64,000 bases of DNA, taken from the NCBI GenBank assembly GCA_977017645.1, contig OZ360236.1, forward strand, positions 44,826,001 to 44,890,000, in the 5' to 3' direction. Shown piece by piece: positions 12,075-24,879 of the stretch. How positions within the stretch are numbered: position 1 is the stretch's first letter; each line of letters starts with the position of its first letter. The notes beneath the pieces were generated by a model. That model ran no database searches and was not told the DNA's origin. It saw nothing but the letters and a program-made list of their open reading frames with translations. A program made the position numbers and the translations under genes. Source of the DNA: Torpedo marmorata (lineage: Eukaryota).

Positions 12075-12272
12075 GTTGCACCTCACTATTACAGCGCCAG
12101 TGACACGAGTTTGAATCCAGCACTGTCTGTTCTCCTCGTGTCTGTGTGGATTTCCTCCGGTGCTCTAGGTTTGTAGTTTAATTAGTCACATGGGTGTATT
12201 TGGGTGGCACAGACTTCTGGGCTGGTAGGGCCTGTAATCATGCTGTATCTCTAAATTAAATTAAATTAAATT
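12075..12272 (+). mobile_element. V-SINE (HE1-like), degenerate
   Basis: B-box-like GAGTTTGAATCC, V-domain-like GTTCTCCTCGTGTCTGTGTGGATTTCCTCCGGTGCTC, CR1-type tail GGGCCTGT..TGCTGTATCTC and (TAAAT)n. Confidence 0.75.
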
Positions 12273-12779
12273 CAAATTATAAAAAATCTTACAAAGCAAA
12301 GGAAGTGTTCCACAACACACATTTCAGGCTAGATATGCTTCAACATTAAGGAAATCTAAAGAAAGAGAAAGGATTTCAAAGCAAAGATTGACATGGAAGC
12401 AGAACTCTCCCATTTTTTTTCAGCCTTCACTCGCACCCAATGCCTTGAATAAAGTGGTTGAGAAAGACTTGGATTGTCTGTTGACACGTCATGGTGTCAC
12501 TCATAGAGAGTAGCTGCTGGCTGGCTTCTATTGTAGCCATACCATATCAAAACAAGACAGTGAGCCTTTGTAGACTCCTGCACAAAACCCAAAACACATC
12601 CATTAACCAATACCAATCATTTTCTATCTCAGCAGGGGGAAGGTTCTTTGGTAAATGGGAGTTAACCTTGGCATACTAACAGCTGGATTGGACTCAGAGT
12701 TGAATGTTTACCTCACTATTAAATACCCACAAAGGGCTTGGAATATATAATCTCTTCTATTAAAAAAAAAATTGTAAGG

Positions 12780-12865
12780 TGATTTATATAAATGTTTTCA
12801 CTGTGCTACTGCCACAAAACAACAAATTTTGTGTTCATGACGATAAATTCTTATTCTGATTTTGA
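12780..12865 (+). repeat. Rex1-type 3' tail fragment
   Basis: ..CATGACGATAAATTCTTATTCTGATT resembles the Rex1 tail at 39.7k. Confidence 0.45.
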
Positions 12866-12904
12866 TATATTGTTGAGATGAGGAGAAGATGAGGTGACTA
12901 CTTC

Positions 12905-13055
12905 ACTGAGCATCTCTGCTTTATCCTTGGGTTTCCAGTCATTTTAATCTCCCTCTTTATTCCCACACAGACATGTCTGTCCTTGACATCATCCATTGTC
13001 AGGGTGAAGCTAAACGTAAACTTGAGGAACAACATATCATATTTTGCCTTTAGTA
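12905..13055 (+). mobile_element. Penelope-like element GIY-YIG C-terminal fragment
   Basis: Translates HFNLPLYSHTDMSVLDIIHCQGEAKRKLEEQHIIFCL, typical of the C-terminus of vertebrate Penelope ORFs. Confidence 0.7.
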
Positions 13056-13089
13056 CTAACAGGGTTTTGTTAGTTCGTAACACAGTGCT

Positions 13090-13182
13090 TCAGCAAGGCA
13101 GCTCACCTTCACGTTCTCAAGGCAATTAGGGATGCAACAATAAATGTCAAACCCTCCAGTGATATCCTGAAGAATAAAAAAA
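13090..13182 (+). repeat. CR1-group LINE/SINE 3' tail fragment
   Basis: AAGGCAGCTCACC..TTCTCAAGGCAATTAGGGATG..CAATAAATG..GAATAAAAAAA. Confidence 0.55.
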
Positions 13183-13856
13183 TACAATCAGTAAACAGAG
13201 ACTTGGAACTGCTAATAGCAGTGATTAAATTCTTCCTTAAGCCTGAAATTCAGCAAAACATAGAATAACCTCATAGAACTTCATACACAAAGTCAGCAAA
13301 AAAAAGTGTCAAGAAACCTTTCGCATAAAAGGGCTGTGAATATCTAACTGTCACACCTGGAATAAAGAAATGGGTAGAGTGCTATTGTTTTCCCTGTCAT
13401 CACTATAAAAGAGACAATAAACAAGCAGATATAGTGCAGAAACAAGGAACTGTGAAAAACTTAAAGAAATTAATATTAGTGGAATCAATTTACTGGAGAA
13501 CAGAATGCGATTAGAAGCTTATGATTCTCAAAATAATACAGTGTCTACATTGATGGTGAGTGCATTGGTAATGATTTTAAATTTCCCAAGATCTGGAACA
13601 ATAAATTGGAAATTAGCATCTTAACATTGATATTGGTAAAGGAGGGAATTGGGGTATAAGAAATCATAAATTGCTCATCCTTACATTTATTTTGGGGAAA
13701 AATGTTCCATCTTACACATAGGATGCAATAAGGAACATACAATCCCAATAATTGCAGAGAAAACGTGGATTGTTTTGCAGAGAATATCATGGGCCGAGAG
13801 TCAGGCAGCTCAGAATGCACCACCAGCCTCACCACTCCACCCCACTACCATTCTAG

Positions 13857-14405
13857 TCAAGTCAAGTTTATTGTCATCTGATTGTACAAGTACAACCCGA
13901 CGAAACAGCGTTCTCCGGTCCTCGGTGCAAAACATGCAGACACAACCAGACATAACACACATACAGAAAAACAATATATATGCAGGGCAAGTATTTCATC
14001 TATACAAATAAATAAATAAACATTGTTTTGTACATATGAGAGATTCGGAAGGTTAGTGTGAGCAGTTCCTTTGGTCGTTCAGCATTCTCACTGCCCGTGG
14101 GAAGAAGCTGTTCCTCAGCCTGGTGGTACTGGCTTTGATACTCCTGTATCTCTGCTCCTACGGGAGCAGCTGAAAGATGCTATGAGTAGGGTGGAAGGGT
14201 TCCTCAATGATTTTGCGTGCCCTCTTCAGACAACGATCCCAAGTAGATCACGTCGATAGGGCGGAGGGAGACTCCAGTAATCCTCTCTGCCACTCTTATA
14301 GTCCTGTAGATTGACCTCCGATCCATTTCTTTGCAGCAACCATACCACACTGCGATGCAGCCGGCCAGGATGCTCTTAATAGAGCTCCAATAGTAGGTTG
14401 ACATA
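13857..14405 (-). mobile_element. Rex1/Babar LINE 3' part
   Basis: ORF 14204-14404 (SILAGCIAVWYG..AERITG); tail TGACAATAAA(CTTGA)n. Confidence 0.85.
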
Positions 14406-14660
14406 TAGTGCCCTCCAAAATGTTTGGGACAAATACACTTTTTTTTTCTCCTTTATTTGCCCCTGTGCTCCACAGTTTTAAATTTGTAATCAAACTATTC
14501 ATATGTAATTAAAGTGCACATTCCAGATTTTATTCAAGGTTATATGTATTCATTTGCCACATTTGCCATGGTTTGCATCTTGCAGTGTAGCTTCTATATT
14601 TCTGTTTATGAAGTCTTCTGCGGACAGTAGTCATTGACAAATCCACACCTGCCTCCGGAA
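14406..14660 (-). mobile_element. Tc1-like DNA transposon, right arm with TIR (internally deleted)
   Basis: TA followed by (C/T)AGTGCCCTCCAAAATGTTTGGGACAAA terminus. The reverse complement of 14570-14657 translates EAGVDLSMTTVRRRLHKQKYRSYTARCKP (second HTH). Confidence 0.8.
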
Positions 14661-17410
14661 TTTTTTTTATTTTTTATTTTTAAAAAAAATATTTTATTTA
14701 AAATTTTAAATCACAAAATACATAAAATAAAATATGAAATTATCAAAATATTTGTGATACATTTTCACCCCCCTCCCACCCTCCCCACCCCAACCCTCCC
14801 AACCCCACTAATCTAATAAAAAATAAAAAATAAAATAAAAATAGAGAAAGAAAAAAAAAAGAAAGAAAAAGATAGAGTAAGGAGAATGCCAATCTAAAAA
14901 ACATACATCTATAAACTAATTCTATTGTGGAGGTCAGGTATGCCAGTAGATCCGATACCCAGAGATCTTCAAATCCTTAAACCAACAACTTTCATATATG
15001 AGCTCCAAATTTTTAAGAAAAAATTATATTTATTACGTAAATTATAGGTAATTTTTTCAAGTGGTATACACGAACGAAGTTCTGCATGCCATCTTTCTAA
15101 TCCTAAATCTAAATCAGATTTCCAAGTAATAGCAATACATTTCTTGGAAACAGCTAAAGCAATTCGCAAAAATTCTATTTGATACATGTTTAATTTCATC
15201 TTAATACTAAATTTTCTAATATCTCTGAACAAAAATATCATAGGATTCATTGGAAATGTAATCTTAAATACTTTATCTAAAAATTTTTTAACTTTCAACC
15301 AAAAATCATAAACTTTTGGACAAAACCATGTAGAACGTACAAAAGAACCTTCTTCTTTATTACATCTAAAACATAAACCTGATAATGTCGGATTAAATTT
15401 CTTTAGTTTTTTAGGTGTTAAATATAATTGATGAAGAAAGTTATATTGTACTAATCTATATCTAACATTAATAATCTTCGTCATACTTAATTTACATAAT
15501 TCTTTCCAGTGATTCTCATCTATTGTTACATTCAAATCCAATTCCCATTTTGATCTTGATTTATGAATTCCTACTTTAGAAGTTTTCCTCTGAAACAATT
15601 TATACATTTGAGAAATAAATTTATTTACATCTCCTTTAGTAACTAATAATTCTAATTCATTCTGTCTTGGTAAAATCAAACTATAACCTAATTTATCAAT
15701 CAGAAATGCTCTAATTTGATAATAAGCAAAGAGTGTATTATCCAGTATATTAAATTTATCCTTCATTCTTTGAAAAGTAATGAATTTCCCAGCTTCAAAA
15801 CAGTCATTAATTTTCTTAATTCCTTTTTGAAACCAAATTTTAAATAATTGATTATTAATAGTAAATGGAATAAGTCCATTTTGATATAAAGGCATCCTTG
15901 GAGAAATTATTCCTCTTCCTCCTATTTCCTTATCCGTCTTATTCCATATTTCTAACAAATGTTTAAAGATAGGAGAATGTTTCCTTCTTGTTGATATTAA
16001 TTTAGAATCCCATTTATAAATAACTTCTTCTTTGGAATCTTCTTCTATATTATTTAATTCTATTTTAATCCAAGCAGAAGATTTAGTTGGATCAAAAAGT
16101 TCATTAACAAATTTTAATTGAGCTGCTTTATAATAATTTTGGAAATTAGGAAGTTGTAAACCACCCATTTCAAAATTCCAAGTTAATTTTTCTATACCTA
16201 CTCTTGCTAACTTTCCTTTCTAATTTTCTAATAATTGAATTTAAGTCTCTAAAAAATTTTTGAGGAACTTCATAAGGAATTGATTGGAAAAGATATTGAA
16301 TTCTTGGAAAAATATTCATTTTAATACAATATACCCTTCCCATTAAAGTTATAGGTAAATCTTTCCAATTTTATAAACCCTTTTTTATTTTCATAAATAA
16401 TGGTAAATAATTTAATTTATATAAATTATCCAATTTTGTATCAATCTTTATTCCCAAATATTTAATTCCTTCTTTTGCCCATTTAAATTGTGTAATTTCT
16501 TTACACTTACTATAATCCCTTTGTGATAATGCCATAATTTCACTTTTATCAGAGTTAATTTTATATCCCGATATTTCCCCATATTCTTTCAATAACGCAG
16601 ACAGTTGTACTAAAGATGTAGTAGATTTTGTCATATATATCAATACATCATCTGCAAATAAACTAATTTTATGTTCTTCCGTTCCACTTTTAATACCAAC
16701 TATTTTAGGATCTTTTCTAACTAATTCTGCCAAAGGTTCTATCGCCAAAATAAATAACGCTGTTGACAAAGGACATCCTTATCTAGTAGATCTAGTCAGG
16801 GGAAATCTTGAAGAAATTTGTCCATTTGTAATTACTTTAGCGGATGGTTCTTTATATATAGTTTTAATCCAATTAATAAATATGGTTCCAAAACCAAATT
16901 TCTCCAATACCTTAAATAAAAAATTCCATTCTAATCTATCAAAAGCCTTTTCAGCATCTAACGTTAAAACTAATGGTAAATCTCCCTTCTTTTTATGTAG
17001 ATTAATTAAACTAATTAATCTAGCTATATTGTCTTTTGAATATATATTTTTAATAAAACCAGCTTGATCTACATGAATTAAATCTGGTAAATAATTAGCC
17101 ATTCTATTTGCTAGAATTTTTGCCATTATCTTATAATCTACATTTAACAATGAAATAGGTCTATATGATTCAGTTTTCAATACATCTCTATCTTTTTTTG
17201 GTATGACTGTAATTATTGCATTTAAGAAAGTATCTGGTAATGAGTGGGTTTCCGTAATTTGATTCAATACATCCATATATGGAGGTATTAATAAATCTTT
17301 AAACTCTCTGTAAAATTCTGATGGAAATCCGTCTTCACCTGGAGATTTACCACTCTTTAAAGAAGTAAGAACTTCATTAACTTCCCTCATTGAGAAAGGT
17401 AAATCTAAAA
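14661..17410 (-). mobile_element. L1 family A, 5'-truncated (RT to tail), inserted in the Tc1 transposase
   Basis: ORFs 16779-17453, 16371-16769 and 14969-16168, with motifs GKSPGEDG, YRPISLLNVDYKI, LDAEKAFDRLEW and SLFADDVL. Confidence 0.93.
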
Positions 17411-17667
17411 TATTTCTGATCTGTCGGATAGGCGTTTGGGGATTTTTCTTCATTATGATGAGAATTTATCTGTCATCAGCAGTGGACGTCTTCCTTGGCC
17501 TACCAGTCCTTTTGTAATTACTGAGCTCACCAGTACGCTCTTTCTTCTTAATGATATTCCAAACAGTTGATTTTGGTAATCCTAAGGTTTGGATGATGTC
17601 TCTTACTGTTTTATTCTTGCTTCTCAATCTCATAATGGCTTCTTTGACTTTCATTGACACAACTCTG
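17411..17667 (-). mobile_element. Tc1 transposase N-terminal (paired-like HTH) segment
   Basis: MKVKEAIMRLR..TVRDIIQTLGLPKSTVWNIIKK..TGRPRKTSTADDR..KKNPQTP. Confidence 0.88.
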
Positions 17668-17915
17668 GACCTCCTGCACCTCATATTGCTGGTGTCGCAC
17701 AGCTGTCTGTGGATCTTCTCTGCGTACCCCTCTTTGCCTTCCGGATTGCATGGGAGAGTTCAGCCCTGGATGATCTTAGTTCCATCCTACACCCTGTCCT
17801 AAAGACAGCATCACAAGCTCTGTGAAGGGCCTGGACCTCAGTATCCAACCATGTTTTCTGGTTAGATCTGGTTGTGAAGCATTTGATCTCGGTGACATCC
17901 TCAATGCACTTGCTG
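17668..17915 (-). mobile_element. Rex1/Babar EN-RT linker fragment (probable continuation of 13857-14405)
   Basis: The reverse complement translates RSSRAELSHAIRKAKR..YAEKIHRQL. Confidence 0.6.
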
Positions 17916-18057
17916 ATTCAGCAGGCATTTACACTCATCCTTCACTAATCCCATATTATTTTCTCCACATTCCCATCTCTCAATTTCTCTCAGATTCTAT
18001 GACACACATACTTCAGTGGGCCAATTATTCTCCACATCTTAGAGATGTTGCAGGAAA

Positions 18058-18709
18058 CACAAGAAATAGGAGCAGGAGTAAGCCATCCAGCCCATCAAGC
18101 CTGCTCTGCCATTCAATATGATCATGGCTGATCTGATGATAGGCTCATCTCCACCTAACTGCCTTTTCCCCATCTCTTAATTCCCTTACTATTTATAAAT
18201 CTATCCAACCTTGTCTTAAATATTTTTACTGAGGTCGCCTCCATGGCTTCAATGGGCAGCGAATTCCACAGGTTCACCACCCTCTGGGAAAAGTAGTTCC
18301 TCCTCATCTCTGTCCTAAATTTACAACCCTGAATCTTGAGGCTATGTCCCCTAGTTCTGGTCTCCCCTACCAGTGGAAACAATTTACCTACCTCAATTTT
18401 ATCTATGCCTTTCATAATTTTATATGTTTCTATAAGATCCCTACTCGTTCTTCTAAATTCCAGTGAGTACAGTCCCAGACGACTCAATCTCTTCTCATAG
18501 GCCAACCTCTTCATCCCTGGAATCAACCTGATGAATCTCCTCTGCATGGCCTCCAAAGCCAGTACATCCTTCCTCAGGTAAGGAGACAAGAACTGCACAC
18601 AGTACTCCAGATGCGGTCTCACCAGTACTTTGTACAGTTCTAGCATAACCTCTCTGCTCCTAAATTCAACCCCTCCAGCAATGAAGGCCAACATTCCATT
18701 TGCCTTCTT
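18058..18709 (-). mobile_element. CR1 LINE 3' part (split by L1 family B)
   Basis: ORF 18155-18694 with LYKVLVRPHLEYCVQF, RTRGHSLK and FSQRVVNLWNSLP; CR1 3'UTR hairpin region. Confidence 0.92.
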
Positions 18710-19029
18710 TTTTTTGGAATATTTTATTTAAGAAAATTTTTCATCTATACATGTAGTTTATTAAAGTACATAATAGAATATTAAATTATTGATTTATTTA
18801 TACATGATGGTATATAAAAAGAAAAAAAGAAAATCCCCACCCCCCCACCCCCCTCCCCCCTCCCCCAAACTAAAACCCTAGAAAGGAAAAAAAAAGAGAA
18901 AGAAGAGAAATAAAGAAAAGAAAATTATAAAGAAAGATAAAGTAACCTGGCTGCTAAGAAGTCGCTACCCACCACACGGTTCTAATTAATTACGATTTTT
19001 AAAAATAAATTCTCTCAGGGAGGTTGACG

Positions 19030-22000
19030 AGGTACTCGAGGTGGGGATATATCTATAAATTTATTCCCACAGTTTGTAAGTATGGGCGCCAAATTTTCAA
19101 AAATACAACATATTTATTTCTTAAATTATAAGTAATCTTCTCAAGTGGAATACAACTACACATTTCTGCATTCCACCGCTCCATATCCAAGTGGGAGTCT
19201 GATTTCCAAGTTACTGCTATACATTTTTTTTGCTACTGCAGGTGCAAATTTTACAAATTCTTTTTGATAGATATTTAATTTCAATTTTGGTCCTATCCCC
19301 TTAATATTACCTAATAAAAACAACATTGGATCTTGTGGAAATTTAATTCCTATAATCTGCTCTAAAAGAATTCTTGTCTGTCCAAAAAGATCTTACTTTA
19401 GGGCAGGACCAAGTAGAATGCATAAAAGTACCTATTTCTTGATTACATATAAAACATTGATCTGATAAATCTGATTTCAACCGTTTCAATTTCTGTGGTG
19501 TAATATGTAATTGGTGTAAAAAGTTATATTGAACCAATTTATACCTAACATTTATTGTATTTGTCATACTATCTCGACATAACTCCAACTAATTTTGTTT
19601 GTCAATATTAATATTCAGATCCATCTCCCATCTTTTTCTAGACCTATGAATCCCTTGTTTAGAAGTTCCCTTTTGTAGTAAAGTATACATGACTGAAGTA
19701 AATTTCTTTATATGTCTATTCCGAATCAAAATTTCAATATCACTAGATTTCGGTAATAACATTGTTGGTCCCAATTTATCTCTTAAATATGCTCTTAACT
19801 GAAAATAACAAAAAAGTGTATTATTTTGTATCCCATATTTATTTCTAAATTTTTCAAATGACATTACTGTATCCCTTCATAACAATCTTCTATGTATCTA
19901 ATTCATTTACGAGAGCATATGTTTAAAAGTTGATTATCCATTGTAAAAGGAATAAGTCGATTTTAGATCAAAGGCATTTTTGATAACAGAGGTCCCCTCG
20001 TTTCGTCATCAATGTTTATCTTATTCCAAATATTAATCAAATGTTTCAACAAAGGGGTTTCTTTCTCACCTGTTATTAGTTTAGGTTCCCATTTATATAT
20101 AAAATCTTCTGGTATTTTCTCTCCTATCTTATCTAATTCTATTTTGATCCACGCCAACTTCTTTCCTTCTTCAAAGAAAGATGCAATGAATCTCGTTTGA
20201 GCTGCTTTATAATAATTCTTAAAATTTGGAAGCTGTAAGCCTCCCAACTCAAATTTCCATGTTAATTTGTCTAAAGAAACCCTCGACATCTTACCCTTCC
20301 AAATAAACTTTCTTATATATTTATTTAATTCTTGAAAAAACTTTTGTGGTAACAATATCGGTAATGTTTGAAACAAATATTTACTCGAGGAAATATATTC
20401 ATTTTAACACAATTAACTCTACCCAATAATGTTATTGGTAACGTCATCCATTTATTAAGATCTTCTCTAATTTTCTTCAGTAATGGTAAATAGTTCAGTC
20501 TATATAAATTGTTTAAATTATTATCTACTCGTATACCTAAATATTTTATACCATTCATCGGCCACTTAAATTGGGTTTCTCTTTGACACTGAGTATAATC
20601 CCCTGTAGTGAGGGGAATAATTTCACTCTTATCCCAATTTATTTTGTAACCCGATACTTTCCCATATGCTTCCAGTCTTAAATATAATTACATAGTGAAC
20701 TTATTGGTTCTGTCAAATAGATCAAAACATCATCAGCAAATAAATTAATTTTATATTCCTCCCGATTAACTTTAAATCCTTTAATATCAGGATCAGACCA
20801 GACCAATTCTGCAAGTGGTTCTATTGCTAAAATAAATAAAGCGGGTGATAGTGGGCATCCTTGTCTACTTGATCTTGTTAACTGAAATGGTGCAGAAACC
20901 TGTCCATGTGTTACAACTTTAGCCTTGGGCTCATTATACAGAGCTTTCATCCAATTTACAAATGTTTGTCTCAACCTGTATTTTTCCAACACCTTAAGTA
21001 AAAAGTCCCATTCCAATCTATCAAATTCCTTTTCCGCATCCAAAGCCACTGCTACACTTAAATCTCGCCTTTTCTGTGCCAAATGTATTATACTGAGTAA
21101 TCTAGTTACATTATCTGCAGATTGTCTCTTTTTTACAAACCCTCTTTGATCCATATTTATCAATTTTGGTAAATATTCCATCAATCTATTTGATAAAACT
21201 TTTGCCATTATCTTATTATCTGAATATAATAATGAATTAGGCCTATACGATGATGTTTTTAAAGGGTCTCTGTCCTTTTTTGGTATTACTGTTAATATTG
21301 CTGTAGAAAAGGATTCCAGGAGAGTGTGCGTCTCCGCCGCTTGTTGCACTACCTCCATAAATGGAGGAATCAACAGATCTTTAAATTCTTTATAAAATTC
21401 AAGCGGTAAACCATCGTCTCCTTGAGATTTATTACTTTGTAATGAGCTCAACTCACACCTCTTTTGATGTAAAAGGGGCATCCAACCCCATTTGTTCTTC
21501 CAGACTTAACCTTGGCAACCTTATTTGTGATAAAAAGTTTTCTATCTTATTATCATCTCTTTGCGACTCGGATTGATATAACGGAATAAAATTGCTTAAA
21601 AGCTTCTTTAATTTCTTTTTTTATTTTTTTATTTTATTTAAACTTTTAAATCACAAAATACATAGAATAAAATATAAAATTGTCAAAATACATGTGATAT
21701 ATTTTCACCCCCCAACCTCCCTCCCCTCCCTAACCCCCCCATCCCCACTAATCTAATAGTAAAGTAACAGTAAAACTAAAAATAGAAAAAAAAGAAAGAA
21801 AGGAAAAGATAGAGTAAGGGGAATATCATCTATAAACTAATTCTATTACGGAGGTCAAGTTTGCCAGTAGATCCGATATCTAGAATCCTTAAACCCACAG
21901 CTCTCATATATGGGCTCCAAATTTTCAAAAAGAAATGATATTTATTACGTAGATTATAAGTAATTTTTTCCAGTGGTATACACGAACGGAGTTCTGCATG

Positions 22001-24108
22001 CCATCTTTCTAATCCTAAATCTAAATCAGATTTCCAGGTAATAGCAATGCATTTTTTTTGAAACTGCTAAAGCAATTCGTAAAAATTCTACTTGAAACAT
22101 ATTTAATTTCTTTTTAATACTAAATTTTCTAATATCTCCAAATAAGAATAACATAGGATCCATTGGAAATGTAATATTAAATACTTTATCTAAATTTTTT
22201 TTAACTTTCAACCAAAAATGGGATTCTAAATTAATATCAGTAAAAAAGAAAAATTCACCGATTATTAAATATTTGTTAGAAATATGGGGTAAGTTGGATA
22301 AAGAGATAGGTGGAAGAGGATTAATTTCTTCAAATATGCCTTTATATCAAAATGGACTTATTCCATTTACTATTATTAATCAATTATTTAAAATTTGGTT
22401 TCAAAAAGGTATTAAGAAGATTAATGATTGTTTTGAAGCTGGAAGATTTATCACGTTTCAAAGAATGAAAGGTAAATTTAATATATTAGATAATACATTT
22501 TTAGCTTATTATCAAGTTAAAACTTTCTTAATCGAGAAATTGGGTCATGCTTTGATTTTACCAAGACAAAATGAATTAGAATTATTAGTTACTAATGGAG
22601 AAGTTAATAAATTTATTTCTCAAATGTATAAATTGTTTCAGAGGAAAATGCCTAAAGTAGGAATTCATAAATCAAGATTAAAGTGGGAATTAGATTTGAA
22701 TATACGAATAGATGAGAATCACTGGAAAGAATTATGTAAATTAAGTATGACGAAGATTATTAATGTTAGATATAGATTAGTACAATATAATTTTTTTCAT
22801 CAATTATATTTAACACCTAAAAAATTAAAGAAATTTAATCCGACATTATCAGGATTATGTTTTAGATGTAATAATGAGGAAGGTTCTTTTGTACATGCTT
22901 CTTTAATTTCTTGAGGTTTATGTAATCGCATTTACATCTGTTTTTATTGCATTAATTATTCTTGAAGTTTGCTCTGCTTTCAACTGCCAAGCAAGAACTT
23001 TATGGGCTCTCTCACCTAACTCATAGTATCTCTGTTTAGTTCGCATTCTTGCTTTTTCTGTTCTATATGTGTGTAATTGTATTATATTGAAGTTCTTACT
23101 AATAAGTCACCTACGTTTCTCCTCAGAGATCCGTCTTTGTGAATCCTTCTCTAAATATGTTATCTCTTTCTCCAGTTGTTCTAGCTCCTTCATATATTCC
23201 TTCTTAATTTTCAACGTATAACATAATTTGTCCTCTTAGGTTAGCTTTCATCGCATCCCATAGAATAAATTTATTATTAACCGAGTTAGAGTTTTTCTCA
23301 AAAAATAATTGAATTTGCCTTCTAATGAAGTCACAAAAGTCTGGTATTTTTAACAACGTTGAATTAAATCTCCATCTGTAGACTGATTCTTCTTTATCCA
23401 ACATTATGATTGTCATTAACAAAGGTGAATGATCTGATAATATTCTAGCTTTATAATCCACCTGTTTAATTCTACCTTGAAGATGTGCTGATATTAAAAA
23501 TAAATATATCCTCGAATAGGAGTCATGCCTATTTGAATAAAATGAATAATCTCTTTCCCTTGGGTAGATTCTTCTCCATGCATTCAATTCAAATATTTCA
23601 TTAACATCAAAGTTGCTTTCGCTGCTTTTGTCCTTGTTATAACTCTAGTTGATCTATCTAAAACTGGATCTAAACAAAAATTAAAGTCACCACCTATTAG
23701 TATATTATTATGTGCTTCTGCCAAATTAAGAAAGGTTTCTTGTATAAATTTTTCATCATCCACATTCGGTGCTTATATATTCATAAAAGTCCATAATTCA
23801 GAAAGAAATTGACAGTGTATTACCACGTATCTCTCTGTAGGGTCAGTTATTATATTCTGTATCTTGACCAGAAGAATTTTCTTTATCAAGATTGCCACCC
23901 CTCTTGCTTTTGAATTAAATGATGATGCTGTAACATACCCTACCCAATCCCTCTTTAATTTGTGGTGCTTTGTCTCAATTAAATGGGTCTCTAGCAAAAA
24001 AGCTATGTCTACTTTCATTTTCTTAATATATGTCAATATTCTTTTTCTCTTCACCGGTCCATTTAGCCCTTTAACATTGAAACTTAAGCAATTCAATATA
24101 TTACTCAT
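19030..24108 (-). pseudogene. L1 family B ORF2 (APE endonuclease and RT), multiply frameshifted and interrupted at 21618-22896
   Basis: Motifs [42 protein letters not shown] and LFADDVL. Confidence 0.9.
21618..22896. mobile_element. L1 family A insertion with twin-priming inversion (- 21618-22219; + 22216-22896)
   Basis: Perfect 16-bp TSD GCTTCTTTAATTTCTT (21602-21617 and 22897-22912); AAAT microhomology at the junction. Confidence 0.92.
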
Positions 24109-24340
24109 TAATAAATTTGATTCATGTCTATGAGTCACCTATCTCCTCGCACCTCCCTGAGAATCATATACTTATAATCTACCGTGTCACAGTGCGTCCT
24201 CCTCGACAGTCCAGGTAAAAAGAAAATAAAAGAGTTGTATAAAAACAACAAAAAAAACCCTATTAATGTTGCTTAAATAATACGCAACACTACCCCCCTC
24301 CATTTTACGGGTTGTGGCTTCTGCCTCAAATACACACATT

Positions 24341-24815
24341 CAAGATTCAAGATTCAATTTATTGTCATAGTAATAAAATAGTGTCATATTCCATGAAATT
24401 TCTTTTTGTCTGCTGCAAGGCAGACAGATTCGCCACCGGCAGAAATTGCCTAAGAGCCTCTAACATTCCTTACAGTCAGAGAAAGAGAAGCAAAAGAGAG
24501 TCTCCCCAGAGTCACCGAGTGTCCGTAGATTCGCCTCCAGCAATTCCACAGCCACACAGAGTCCAGTCCAAACCATTGGCAACCCGAGCTCTAGATCTGA
24601 ACCTCTGACACGGTCAGGAACCCTTCGGCGCCCTTGGCACCCCCTCGCATCCCGGTTCCGATACCTGGTACTCCTCCAGCCAGTTCGAGCCAGCCTCCAG
24701 CAGTCCGCAGCACGGCGTGAGTCCCCCGACAGCAGTCTCCAGCAGCTCAGAGCCTCCGCGGGTTTCTCACCTCGAGTCGCCAGCAGCCCGCCGCATGCAC
24801 TGGTCCTTCAGCCTC
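24341..24815 (-). mobile_element. 5'-truncated non-coding retroposon with Rex1-like tail, inserted in the L1-B inter-ORF region
   Basis: The reverse complement is homologous to about 57680-58364 and ends TGACAATAAATTGAATCTTGAATCTTG. Confidence 0.78.
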
Positions 24816-24879
24816 AGAGACTACATGATTCCGTAGTAGTCAATCCATATCCCCTCCAACCCCCCGGATGTTCACCAGA

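Noticed and set aside
16779-17453. Tc1-L1 fusion ORF as a functional chimeric gene
   Set aside because: It has only about 14 Tc1 residues, the upstream Tc1 frame is broken, and the RT stops at 16779; it is an insertion by-product.
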